Origin: Selaginella moellendorffii
Taxonomy: Eukaryota > Plantae > Lycopodiophyta
DNA: 64,000 nucleotides
Assembly (NCBI RefSeq): GCF_000143415.4
Contig: NW_003314327.1
Location: 520,775-584,774 of the forward strand
Reading direction: 5' to 3'
Below are positions 1-12,544 of the stretch, piece after piece; within the stretch, counting starts at the first letter, position 1; every line of letters starts with the position of its first letter. The translations under genes and the position numbers were made by a program. Below the pieces are notes generated by a model. That model was not told the origin of the DNA. It ran no database searches and worked only from the letters and a program-made list of their open reading frames with translations.

Positions 1-3000
1 TGTGTGTGATTTCTATGGTGCAGTGTTAACAGATGGTTGGCATGAGAAAGAGCGGTATTGGTCTTGGCAAAGACTTAGACACAAAGAAGAAGTGTCATAG
101 AGGTAGGCTCGTGAAGCCAATGGTGTGGAGACACCAAATGTGCCAAGGTGTGATACCTTGAGGCTATGTTGGTGGGTTCATGAAAACCCTTTGCCAAAGG
201 AATCCTAATGGAAATGGGAATGGCATAGCTTAAGCGGCAAAGCATGCAGTTGGAGTGTGGTGACCCAGATAATGATGGAGGTGTGGAAGCACCAGCAATG
301 AGTTGTAGGACTTGACAACTATGAGGCAACTAAACAAGAGGTGCAAAATAATTGGTTAAACGGGTAGAAGGTAGCTACCCAAGCCTTCTTAATGGCATAG
401 GGAAGTTGGACGTACCCTTATGGGGGATAAGTTGCTTATGTTGCAATATAGTAAATCAATGTCATAAAAGGAAATACTCATTGTCAAGGAAGCCATCATT
501 GGGACACTCGAACACTCTAGAACACTAGGAGGTGGTGTTTGATGTCGCGAGGGTAATAAATAAGGCCCAAGGGACTAAGTCCCTAGCGAATGATGGATAG
601 AAGGTGCTATCCAAATGTCCAAAGGTGGCGGAGACAGGAGAAGACTGTCTACTTGAATTGGACAAAGCCAAAAAGGGAATTTTGGCAAGGCTAGTGATGA
701 GCATGTAAAGGCCCGTAAGCAACAATGTAATCTTGTTGTATGGGATTATAGGGTGAGCATACCTGGATTGAGGAACCACTCCCTAGGCTATCGGGTAGGT
801 TCATCCTTAAGAATACTTTCTAAGGCATGATAGAAAGTGCAAAGTTATCCTCTTGGTTTGGAGGAGAATGACCGAAGGAAAAGTGTAAAGCCAAAAGCAA
901 GAAGTAAGGGGATAGAACTGAACCATAGGAATCGAAGGGCATAACCAAGGTTGGTTATGCCAGCTGGGAGTGGAGAATCAAGTGGGGGCTCGAGGGTGTT
1001 GCCGCTAGCAACCGTGATGCCATGGAGAGTCTAAAATATGGAATTGTCCATGTTAGACTATATGGTAATTGGAAAGCTTGCAAAAAGGGAGGCATTAGCA
1101 AGCTAAGGGACAGAGTTCCTTCAAGGTTCCCAAGGATGATTCTAGGTAGCTTAGTACCTAGAAAGGCCAAGCGTAAATGGTTCAAGGAATGCGTGAAATT
1201 AGAGTGGCGCAGCAGAAGCGTGGTCTTGAAGCTTGCCATGAGACAAGGCTATCAAGGTTAGGGAAGTAGTTCCCGAGTGTTCAAAGAGAGGGCTTTGAAC
1301 GAAAGTCGATGACCAAGGGCTTTCATGCTTGTGTAGGAACCATGTTACAGTGGTCGGAGGACTTGCCAAAGTGAGATTGGCAAGTCATAGTTGAAGGTGA
1401 TAACTTCAAAAAGGGTGGGCCATGGGGCCAAGCATGGAGGAGTCCATGCATGATCACAGACTTGTCAAGTGAGAAGACTTGGCAGTGTGGAGGAACTAGG
1501 TTCCTAAGCTGTGATCTATGGCGCACTTTGAGTATAAGTTGGTGCACCGGCGTGGGGAGTCACGCCAGACATCCTAGGTGATGCCGTCCATAGATGCATA
1601 TACGGAGGTTGGGTTCGAGTCCCAACCCTCTAGTGCTTGGGTTCGAGTCCCAACTCACTAGGGCGTGGTGATGGTTTGGAATATGAGGACACTCATTTTT
1701 CGGTGGTCATGGACTCTCAGTGTGGAGACTGGCTTGGGCACACTGCCAAGCGAGGGATGCCTCGGAGTCGTGATGCACGGTTAGATTGCTTAGTGTGGCT
1801 CAGCATATCTAACTTGAACACTTTGGTGCAAGTGGCACCAAGGATGTGGTGAATGAGATGGGGACACCTAGTCTTAGTTGCTATGGACCCTTGGCCGGAA
1901 GGGTTGGCTTGGGCGCACCGCCAAGTGTGGGGGATGCCCCCGGGGTTGTAGTTAACAAATTAAAGGTCTGGAAGACCTAGTACCTATTGGCAAACCTGTT
2001 AAGGTGCCGAGGTGAAATCACTAGGTGATCTTGTGGCTAAATAAGGACAAGGTCCTTGTTTGGGCTAAGGAATAAGGTTTCTAGTTCAAAGTGTTGATTT
2101 GAACTATTGATGATGATGTGGCTTGGTCAAGGTGACCAAGTGGGAAAAGCACCTTAGGGAAATGAGCTATGTCATTGCGATGGCATAGTGTGTCCAAGGA
2201 AAGTAGTCTCTAAAGAGACCCATGGGAGGGTCACAAAGTTGGGCCGTGGATAGAGCTTATAGCAGAAGATGCTAAAGAGACTTACTAGGGGTGAACACCC
2301 TAGTCTTGGCAAGCAGAGCCTTTGCTATGGAATCAAAAGAATACATCAAGGAGGGAGGTAGAGATTCGGTGTTGCTTGGTGCAACAATCAACGGATAGGA
2401 GCAAAAGATGAGTGGCCAAGATAGGGCCGTGGAATCCTTTGGAAGGAATCCAAGTGGCGAAGTTAGGCGAGGAACACTAATGTGTTGGACGCTAACAAAT
2501 TGCAGGAAAGGAAGTGTGTTTCCAAGGATGGATTCCGAATTGCTCCGATTTGGCGAAAGGGGAAGCTCCAAGGGAGGGAGCGGGTGGCACGAAATAGAAA
2601 AGAGGATGATGGTGCCCTCGAGTAGAGAACTTCCTAAGATGGGAAGTGGAGTTGCACAAAAGGTGCAAGGCAAGGTGTCGGAGACACTTAAGAAATTGAC
2701 TCCAAGAAGTTAAAATTCAAAGTTCCAAAGTGCAAAGGTTATATCAATGGGAACTAAGACCACTCGAGAATGAGTAGTGGGAATTGAGTTAAAGAAGATG
2801 TCTCTAACAGGTTTAGTGAGAACTGAACCAATAAAAGGGAGCAAACCACCCCAAGTGGTTGAATAAGTCTCTATGTTGGAAAGACTATGCTCCTTAGAGG
2901 ATGGGCAAGGCATAGTGAGCCTTTGGTGTCAAACCATTGACGAATATGGAGAAGGCATGATGAGCCTTCAATGTCAAACTATTGACAAATATTGGCTAGG

Positions 3001-3096
3001 TGGCAAGGATGGAAATGATAACACATGTGGGTGTTACTTTATAAAATAGTTTATCGTTCCATGAAGACATCGAACTTCATCTATGGGTGGTGGAGT
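1..3096 (+). mobile_element. Non-coding internal region of a non-autonomous LTR retroelement (family X/L2), ending in a polypurine tract (PPT)
   Basis: Recurs inverted at ~9622-11770 and in direct orientation at ~51975-53409. No credible ORF. PPT-like ATGGGTGGTGGAGT (3083-3096) directly precedes TGTGAGACAC, and the same junction occurs in the other two copies. Confidence 0.7.
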
Positions 3097-3283
3097 TGTG
3101 AGACACAAAATCCCTAGGCCCCAAAGTGGAGCCGGAAAGGGTGCCACGTGGTAGTAGCCGAAGCGAAAGCCAAACGAGCATAACACGTTTGGACTAAAAG
3201 CTCCGACTTGGAAGGTCGAGAGTGGGAGTGGAACTCCCAACAAAGTGCTCGAGGAGCAAGCACGAGACAACCAATAAGCAAAG

Positions 3284-4431
3284 TGTAAGCCACAAATTTT
3301 TCCTTTCCAATTTGCCAGCTTACCTCGTCTATCCGTCCAACACTGCCTTGGCTTTTGCTAAGTTCCCTTGCCAAGGTTCTCGCCTATGGTACCAGCTCCT
3401 ACTTGGTTTCAGCTACTCACTGCACGAGCAACGGAGTGTTAGCCATCCTTCCACGGATTCCCAAATCACTCCCAATCCCCCTCCCCGGGTTAGACTGGAC
3501 TTAAGGTTCGGCTACACTCCCCGCAAGCACAAGCAGCCAAGCACACCAAGCTTCCAGGTTCCTAACATCCCTTGGTACCACAAGACTTGATCATGGGACC
3601 CTCTAAATCCCAAGTCTTGAGTGCAACACTTGCTTCGGGACGCCGGGGCGAAACACCGTGGCCTAACGGCCCGGTATGGGTACCTCTCGCCCCCCACTTC
3701 CATCCCGAAGGAAGGCCCAAGCCCCTAGAAAGGGCGAGGACCAATGAGCCGCATGGTACTCAAGTGGGGCACCACTCCACATGAGCCGGGAGCACCGCAA
3801 TCGGTTTCCCTTTCGGGAGTGGGAGCTGCTCTTGAGCATTTCCTTGGATGGCCCCTCCGGCACCAGCCAAGTCCATGCTCACTCCCACCCAAGGCCCCTT
3901 AGTCCCAGTCCCAACCTCAAGTCGGTTTGGAAGCCCAACTGGAGAGTCCCTTCAAAACTGGTTCCTGGACCTCACTATCCCTACTATACTTTTGGAACCC
4001 CCTGCAGCCCCCCCCCCCTGGGGGACGCACGCTTTGGGCTTTCACCCCTTGACCCGTATTAGTATTTGGACTTAGTCTCTGGCTCGATCTCGGATCCGAT
4101 TTCGGATCCGACTTCGGATTTGGTCTCGGACTCGATCGCGGACTCGATCTCGGACCCGATCTCGGGCCCGACCTCGGACTCGACTTCGGACTCGGTCTCA
4201 GACCCGATTTTGGATCTCGGACTCCGTCTCGAACTCGGTCTCGAACTCGGACTCGAACTCGGTCCCCGAGTCGGTCTTGGACTCGATTCTGGACTCTATC
4301 TCGAACTCGGTCCTAGAGTCGGTCTTGGACTCGATCTTTGACTTGGTCCCATCCGATGAACTCTTTGTCATTTTGGTCATGCTTTCGGGGTTCCCTTAGC
4401 CTACGACACCTCGGCGAGTTGGTTCCTTACA
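3284..4431 (-). mobile_element. Solo LTR, family L1 (1148 bp), with 5-bp TSD CAAAG
   Basis: TGTAA...TTACA ends. CAAAG at 3279-3283 and 4432-4436. Same sequence as the primer-binding-site (PBS)-adjacent LTR at 16615, which gives the orientation. Confidence 0.85.
4076..4337. repeat. Degenerate 6/12-bp tandem array (CTCGGA/CTCGAA) inside the L1 LTR
   Basis: Visible periodic repeats; they generate spurious SD/LG-rich ORFs. Confidence 0.85.
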
Positions 4432-4484
4432 CAAAGCTCCAAAAAGGGACCCAAAAAGGACCAACACATGACACGTGGAAGTAT

Positions 4485-4912
4485 CTGAGATGGAGTCCGA
4501 GGCGGACCCAAGTTGGAGTCCGAGATGGACCCGAAGTGGAGTCCGAGATGGACTTGAAGTGGAGTCCGATATGGAGTCCGAAGTGGAGTCCCAGATGGAG
4601 TCCGATATGGAGTCCGAGATGGACCCGAAGTGGAGTCCGATATGGAGTCTGATATGGAGTCCGAGATGGAGTCCGAGATGGACCCGAAGTGGAGTCTGAT
4701 ATGGAGTCCGAGATGGAGTCCGAGATGGACCCAAGAAGGAGTCCGAGATGGACCCGAGATGGAGTCCGAGATGGACCCGAGATGGAGTCCGAGATGGACC
4801 CGAGATGGAGTCCGAGATGGACCCGAGATGGAGTCCGAGATGGACCCAGATGGAGTCCGAGATGGACCCGAGATGGAGTCCGAGATGGAGTCCGAGATGG
4901 AACCGAGACCGG

Positions 4913-4943
<31 letters not shown>

Positions 4944-4985
4944 TCCGAGTCCGAATCCGGGACTGAGACCGAGTCCGAGTCCGAA
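4485..4985. repeat. 12-bp-unit tandem array (CCGAGATGGAGT/CCGAGATGGACC) inside the L2 LTR
   Basis: Directly visible. Related arrays at 12398-12525, 17520-17672, 53655-53790 and 55025-55280. Confidence 0.9.
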
Positions 4986-5988
4986 TACTAATACAGGCAG
5001 TTGGGTGAAAGCCCAAAGCGATCATCCCCCAGGGGGGTGGGGCTGCGGGGGGTTCCAAAAGTATAGTAGGGAGAGTGTGGGGGTTGGAGCCCAATGGAGC
5101 CAGTTTGGCCCAGAAAGGCCAGACCCAATGTTGGGTGATGAGCTGACCACTGGGAAGTCCAAGACTAGAGTGAATATGGTCCGACAAGCGAGGTAGCTTG
5201 GTAAAGTGTTCAAGAGCCGGCTCTAGTTCCCCCGGGAGATCAACTGGCCGATACTCCCAGTCCAAGTGTGGGTGGCACTACCTACTTGGATACCAGACGT
5301 GGCTCAACGGAACCTTGCTCTAAGCCCATGGCTAGAGCACCCAAGGGCGGAAGGTGGGGAGAGTACCCAGGTGGCTCGCGTAAGGCCACGGTGTTCCGAA
5401 ATGTTGTCCCAAAGGCCCAGACTGTGGAAAGGAAGAGGAGCAGTCCTCTGGGGTAGTGACCAAGGACACAGTTGTGTGGTGAGGAAGTCCTAGAGGACCG
5501 TGGGACTTAGTGGTCGGGCTTGTGGGCCTCGATCCAGTGGCAGTGTTGGCAAACACGGCCAGGGGCAGAAAGGGACTTAGTGGGGACTGATAGAGGGATA
5601 TTGGGGAAGGCTATTCCCCTTGTCGGTGGGCATCCTAAGGATGCTACGGAGTGGATCTGAGATGACCACTCATGGATGGTTTGCCTAGTCTTGGAGAGCC
5701 AAGACTGTGATACAAGTGGTATTGGACTACCAGTGTGGCAAAGGTGATTGGGCATGGCCTTAGTGTAACAGGCTGCCATGTCGGTGGTACTTTTGAGTGT
5801 TGGTCATGGGATCGGACACGTGGAGCACTTGGACCAAGTGCAAATGTTGAGTGGCATGGATGCCATTCTCGGGGCTAGCAAGTCCCAAGTCCTGAAATGG
5901 ACTTATGGAGGTTGTGATTGAGACTCCTCCAAGTGGTCAAAGGTGTGGTTAAGTGACTAAAGTAGAATGGAAAATTTAGTCGCCTATA

Positions 5989-8900
5989 ATGAGGTGGACC
6001 TGGTTGTGCATGTGGGCGATCTCGAGTTTGAGTTGCAGTCGTTGCGGGTGGTGCCGAGTCAAGCTTTTAACTTCATTCTTGGTATGGATTGGTTGCAGCG
6101 CAATCATGCCAAGTGTGACTTTGAGGCTTCTCCCCCTTGTCTCATACTTCCTTATGTTTCATCCATTCCTCTCACTTCCGTACCTCTTCATCCCTCTACT
6201 TCTACCTTTGCTTCCATTACTTTTGTTCCCCCACTCTTTCCTTCTGTGTTTCCATCTTGTTCTGTTTTTCCCTTTTCTGATCCCTCCGACGATCTTTGTG
6301 TTGCAGCAGTTGACCGGCTCATGAAGGAGTATTCTGATCTCTTTGAATTTGACCTATCGTCTGGGGCCAAGATTGCCACATGTCATCCGATTCCAACCGG
6401 GGATGCTCGTCCAATCAAGGTTCATGTTCGTCGTCGGTCACCTAAGGAGATCAAGATTTTACGAGCAAACGTCAAGGAAATGCTGAAGAAGGGTGTTATT
6501 CAGAAGTCACGGAGTCCTTGGGCATATGAACGTCATCTTGTGACGAAGCCTGATGGGAGTATTCGTTTCTGCATCGACTATCGTCCGTTAAACGAAGTGA
6601 CGATCCCAGATGTGTATCCTCTTCCTCACACTGCTAATCTCTTGGATCGTCTGGGGCGAAGTTGTTGGTTCACCAAGCTAGATCTTGCTTCTGGGTATTG
6701 GCAAGTACCGATGGCCGAAGAAGATATTCCTAAGACTGCTTTTCGTACACCATTTGGTTTGTACTAGTTCTTGGTGATGCCGTTTGGTTTGAACAATGCT
6801 CCAGCAACTTTCCAGCGGATGATGGACGAGGTTCTTTGCGATATGCCGGAGGTGACTGCTGACTTCATTGATGATGTTTTGATCCACTCGGAGGGGACGT
6901 GGGAGGAGCACGTTCGTGATGTTTGTAAAGTGTTGGATCGGCTACGCGACGTTGGTTTAAAACTGAAGTGGTCAAAGTGCGTGTTTGGGTCCAAGGACAC
7001 AACTTATCTTGGGTACCGTATTTCTCGTGAGGGTTTGCAAGTTGATCCTAATAAACTTGTGGCTGTTCTAAAGTTCCCTACTCCGAAGTGTGTGAATGAT
7101 GTACAACGCTTTTTGGGTAAGGTGCAGTATCTTGGTCGTTTTGTGGATCATCTTTCCGATCGCACTACACCATTGCGAGTGTTGCTGAAGTCATCAACGT
7201 CATCTTTCATCTGGTCTCCGGATTGTGAGCGGGCGTTCGTGGATCTCAAAGAGCTATTGACAACTCCTCTGGTTTTGGCATATCCTGACTACACTGGACC
7301 CTTTATTTTGCAGGTGGATGTTTTTGACATTGGTTTTGGAGGAGTGTTGATGCAAGAAAGCTCGAGTGTGCCTGGTTAACGCCATCCCATTGCGTATATA
7401 AGCTGTACATTACAACCAGCGGAGATGAACTACTCCACTACAGAGAAGGAGTGTTTAGCAGCAATCTGGGGTTTCGAGAAACTTCATGCATATCTACATG
7501 GTTCTCGGACGGTACTTGAAGGTGACCATGCTGCTGTTCCTTCATTATTGAAGCGGAAGAACCTGGTTGGTCGTACGGCTCGATGGGCTTTGAAGCTTCA
7601 AATATATGATTTCGATGTTCATCGCCCAGGGAGTTTTATGGCTGATGCTGATGCCCTTTCTCGAGCTCCTCTTCCTTCTCCACTCACTTCTCATGTTTCT
7701 GACGAACATGTTGTTCCAGCATCTGTGGATTTTCTAGATGAGGATTCTATGCCGTCGGCGGTTGCTGTCCTTGACGTTCAGTGTCCATAAGGTGTAGAGC
7801 AAGATCTACCTTCTCTTGATGAGGTTCGCGAGGCTCAAAAGATTGAGCCGTAGATTCGAAGGCTTCGAGATGGGTTTGAGAATCCTGCATCACTTGCTGA
7901 TGACTTGCCTTTCCGGCATTTACATTCTCAATATTGCCTTAAAGATGGCCTTCTTTATTTTGTGGGGACGAATCCTAATGATCATTTACTGTTGGTGGTG
8001 CCTTCGGTGTTTATTCTGCGGTTTCTCCATGCCTACCATGATTCTCCTATTCTAGGTGGGCATATGGGACACCGTTATGTCACCGAGAAGCTGCGCAGGT
8101 TTTTCTATTGGCCAGAGATGCGACGTGATATTATCCGGTATGTGCGTAGCTGCATTTGGTGCCAAGCTTATAATACTCCTCCTCGTGCTGCGGAAGGACG
8201 GTTGGAGTCAATTGCGGTTTCCCGTCCATTTGAGTTAGTGGCGTTTGATCTTATGGGACCTTTTCCACGGTCGATTGCTGGTAATGAGTATGTTATTATT
8301 GCTTTTGACTACTTGACTCATTGGGTGGAAGTTGGTGCTCTTGCTAGCGCCTCTGCAACTGCTGTTGGATACTTCCTCCTCAATCGAGTGGTGTTCCAGC
8401 ATTTTTGTCCAGAGTGGATTCTTTCGGATAATGGTCCCGCATTTATGGCTAAGGCATTTTATGTTTTGACGTCTCGATTGGGGATATGCCACACTTTCAC
8501 GAGTGCTTATCATCCACAATCAGATGGTCTGGTGGAACGGCTTGTTTGGACATTCAAAGGGATGATTGCGAAGTATGTGAACTTTCAACATTCGGATTGG
8601 GATGGTTATTTGCCGTCTCTTTGGTATGCATATGTTACAGGGGTGCAGAGTTCTGTTGATGCTTCACCATATAAACTCCTATATGGTCATGATCTAATAT
8701 TACCAACGAAGTTGGGTTTACCTTCACGATTGCCACGAGCTGCCGACGCTAAATCATGGGATCAGTATTTCACAAGCATTCTTCCACTTGTCCAAGCAGA
8801 GTCTGCCGAACACTTAGGCTGCGTACAAGTGGGACAACAACGGCGCTACAACTCTCATCATCGTCCACCTGCGGAGTACAAAGTAGATGATTTGGTGTTA

Positions 8901-9170
8901 GTCCGTTTTCCCTATCTTACGGTACGTGGTTTATCTAAGGGGCTTCTTGCACAATGGAAAGGACCGTATCAGGTGTTGCGGCAAGTTGGACCACAAGTTT
9001 ATGAGGTTCGGCATGACGTTTAGCAAGCCGATCCTCCAGAGATTGTGCATGTGCAGCGGCTGAAACGCTTCGTACAAAGGGATCATGAGGAGTTAATACC
9101 ACCTACAGATCCACCGATGCCTCCTCCTGACGTTCCTCCGGATCCCGGCCCATCTTCAAGAGAACCCTGA
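5989..9170 (+). pseudogene. Ty3/gypsy pol (partial protease, RT, RNase H, integrase), single frame with in-frame stops
   Basis: ORFs 5967, 6771, 7425 and 7905 share one frame. Motifs: ILGMDWL (PR); RFCIDYRPLN, LDLASGYWQV, MPFGLNNAPATFQR, FIDD (RT); NYSTTEKECLA (RH); H..GGHMG..CxxC, DLMGP, SDNG, GLVER, KGPY (IN). Confidence 0.95.
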
Positions 9171-9187
9171 TGGTCTTCCATTATCCC

Positions 9188-9404
9188 GAGAGGAGGGGAT
9201 GATGTGAGGGCCAAGTGTACGGTTACGATGCTATTAGCGTAGTGGGATTTTGGTAGCCGTCGGATTGGTTTCAATTTGGACCACTCGCTTCTGTATATAA
9301 GCTAGGGTTTTTGGGCTATATTCCCTTTCCATATTCCAAGCACTCACATTGGTAGAGGTGAGGGGCACCTTTGATTGTCCCTAAAGAGTGCTTGGATTTG
9401 GGAC
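9188..9404 (+). mobile_element. PPT and truncated 3' LTR of the 5989-9170 gypsy element
   Basis: GAGAGGAGGGGATGA followed by TGTGAGGGCC, just after the integrase. TATATAAG near 9294. Cut by an L2 fragment. Confidence 0.65.
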
Positions 9405-11900
9405 TCTTCCACGTGTCATGTGTTGGTCCTTTTGGGTTCCTTTTTGGAGCCTCGCTTATTGTTCGTTCCTTGAGCACTCTGTTGGGAGTTCCACTCCCGC
9501 TCTCAACCTTTCAAGTCGGAGCCTTTTAGTCCAAATGTGTTACGCTTGTTTGGCTTTTGCTTCGGCCATTACCACGTGGCCTTTCGGCTCCACTTTGGGG
9601 CTTAGGGATTTGTGTCTCACAACTTCACCACCCATAGACGAAATTTGATGTCCTCATCGAACGGTAAACCCTTTTACAAAGTAACACCCGCAAGTATTAC
9701 CATTTCCATCCTTGGCACCCAGCCAATAGTTGTCTATGGTTTGACCCCGTCATTTTGACCCCTTAACAGGTCTACCAATAGGAACTAAGTCTTCCAGACC
9801 CTTTTAAATTGTTGACTATGACCCCGGGGGCATCCCCCACACTTGGGGGTGCGCCCAAGCCAGCCCTTTCGGCCAAGGATCCATAGCAACTGAGACTAGG
9901 TGTCCCCATCTCGTTCACCATGTCCTTGGTGCCTTTTGCACCAAAGTGTTCAAGTTAGATATGCCGAGCTTTCACTCTAAGCAATCTAACCGTGCATCAC
10001 GACTCCGAGGCATCCCTCGCTTGGCGGTGTGCCCAAACCAGTCTTCTCATTGAGAGTCCATGACCACTGAAAAATGAGTGTCCTCATATTCCAAACTATC
10101 ACCATGCCCTAGTGATTTGGGACTCGAACCCAAGCACTAGAGGGTTGGGACTTGAACCCAACCTCCGTATATGCATCTACGGATGGCATCGCACAGGATG
10201 CCTGGCATGACTCCCCACGCCGGTGCACCAACATGTACTTAAAGTGCGCTATAGATCACAGCTTAGGAACCTAGTTCTTCCGCATTGCCAAGTCCTCTCG
10301 CTTGATAAGTCTGTGATCATGCATGGACTCCTCCATGCTCGGCCCCATGGGCCACCCTTTTTGAAGTTAGTACCTTCAACTAGGGGATTTGTTCCCCCTG
10401 ACTTGCCAATCTCATTTAGCAAGTCATTCGGCCACCGTAACATGGTTCATGCATAAGCGTGAAAGTCCTTAACCATTGACTTTTGTTCAAAGCCCTCTCT
10501 TTGAACACTCGGGAACTACTTCCCCAATCTTGATACCCTCGTTTCATGGCAAGCTTCAAGACTACGCTTCTACTGCGCCACTTTGATTTCGAGCATTTTA
10601 TGAACCATTTACACTTGGCTAACTAGGTACTTATCTACCTAGGGGAACGTTCAAGGAACTTTGTTCCTTGGCTTGTTAAGGCCTCTCATTTCGCAAGTTT
10701 ACCAATTACTATATAGTCTAACATGGACAATCCCATGCTTTAGACTCTCTATGGCATCCCGGTCACTAGTAACAACATGCTTAAGCACCCACTTGATTCT
10801 CCACTCCCAACTTGCATAACCACTTTTGGTCATGCCTGTCAATTCCTATGGTTCGGTTCTATCCCTATATTACTTGCCTTTTGGCCTTATACATTTCCTT
10901 CAGTTATTCTCCTCCAGACTAGGAAGATAGCTTTGCACTTTCTACCATGCCTTAGCAAGTATTCATAGGGATGAACCTACCCAACAGCCTAGGGAGTGGT
11001 TCCTCAATCTGGGTTTGCTCACCTTGTAATCCCACACACTAGGATCACTGTTGCTACTTATGGGCTTTTATATGCCCATCACTAGCCTTGCCAAAATCTT
11101 TCTTTGGCTTTGTCCAATTTGGGTAGACGGACTTCTCATATCTCCACAATCTTGGACATTTAGATAGCACCTTTTATCCTTCATTCACTAGGGTTTTTGT
11201 CCCTTGGGCATTATTCATTGCCCTCATGACACCAAATACCCCCTTCTGGTGTTTTAGAGTGTTTGGGTGTCCCAATGATAGCCTCTCTGACAATGAGCAT
11301 TCCCTTTTTGACATTGACTTACTATGTCGCAATATAAGCAATTTATCCCTTATAAGGGTATATCGAACTTCCTTATCCCAATAAGAAGTCTTAGGTAGTT
11401 GCCTTCTACCAGTTTATGAATTTTTTGCACCTTTTGCTTAGTTGCCTCCTAGTTGTCAAGTCTTACAACTCATTACTAGTGCTTCCACACCTCCATCATT
11501 ATCTGGGTCACCACACTCTAACTGCATGCCTTCCAGCTTAGACTATATTATTCCCATTTCCATTGGGATTCCTTTGGAAGAGGTTTTCATGAACCCACCA
11601 GTTTGACCTCAAGGTAGCACGCTTTGGCACCTTCGGTGTCTCCACACCATCGGCTCCATGAGCCTACCTTTATGACACTTCTTACTTGTATCTAGGTATT
11701 TTTGCCAAGACCAATATGGTTGTCTTTTAGGCCAATTATCCATTAGCACTGCACCATAGAGTTCATGCACAACTTTGTGTCAAAGTTGTTTTCTTTCGGG
11801 AAACTCTTTCCCACTACTTTAGCATGGCACCTTCTGCCATCAATGAGATACATACTACTCTCATGCTTGAATCTCAAGATCCTCCCCATCCAAATCCACA
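9405..11900 (-). mobile_element. Inverted copy of family X/L2 (partial LTR 9405-9621, PPT, non-coding internal region)
   Basis: Reverse complement matches 1-2000 and 2960-3280. Confidence 0.8.
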
Positions 11901-11914
11901 CACACACACCATGA

Positions 11915-12525
11915 CCTTCTAAATCCCAAGTTTTGGGTGCAACACTTTCTTCGGGACGCCAGGGTGAAACACTGTGGCCTAATGGCTTGGTATGGGTACC
12001 TCTACCCCCCCTCTTCCGTCTCAAAGGGAAGGCCCAAACCCCTAGGTAGGGTGAAGACCAATAAGCCGCAAGGTACTCAAATGGGACACCACTCCACATG
12101 AGCCGGGAGCACTGCAGTCGGTTTCCCTTTCGGGAGTGGGAGCTGCTCTTGAGCACTTCATTGGGTGGCCCCTCCGGCACCACCCGAGTCCATGCTCACT
12201 CCCACCCAAGGCCCCTCGGCTCCAGTCTCAACCTCAAGTCAATTTGGAAGCACCACTGAAGAGTTCTTTCAAGACTGGTTCCTAGATCTCACTATCCCTA
12301 CTATACTTTTGGAACCCCCTGCAGCCCCCCCCCCCCCCCCCACCTTGGCCTTGGGAGACGCACGCTTTGGGCTTTCACCCCTTGACTTGTATTAGTACTC
12401 GAACTTGGTCTCGAATTCAGTCTCGGACTCGATCTTGGACTCGATCTTGGACCCGATTTCAAACTCAACCTCGGACTCAGTCTCAGACCTGATCTCGGAT
12501 CTCAGACTCTGTCTCGAACTCGGTC
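11915..12525 (-). mobile_element. L1 LTR fragment
   Basis: Matches 3600-4200, including the hexamer array. Confidence 0.75.
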
Positions 12526-12544
12526 TTATATGGAGTGGTGCCCA

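Larger units (their letters stand above)
3097..5988 (+). mobile_element. 3' LTR of family L2, interrupted by a solo L1 LTR
   Basis: Starts TGTGAGACAC after the PPT and ends TTAGTCGCCTATA (other copies end ...TTACA). Collinear with the complete solo copy at 53991-55478. Confidence 0.75.

Noticed and set aside
4066-5265. Long ORFs (up to 289 aa) with MESE/WSPR/LGLH repeats
   Set aside because: Artefacts of stop-free 6/12-bp tandem arrays inside LTRs. The same applies to 54897-55512, 17394-17663 and 53514-53738.
3284-5988. A single 2.7-kb palindromic LTR
   Set aside because: The CAAAG TSD shows a solo L1 LTR inserted, inverted, into a related L2 LTR.
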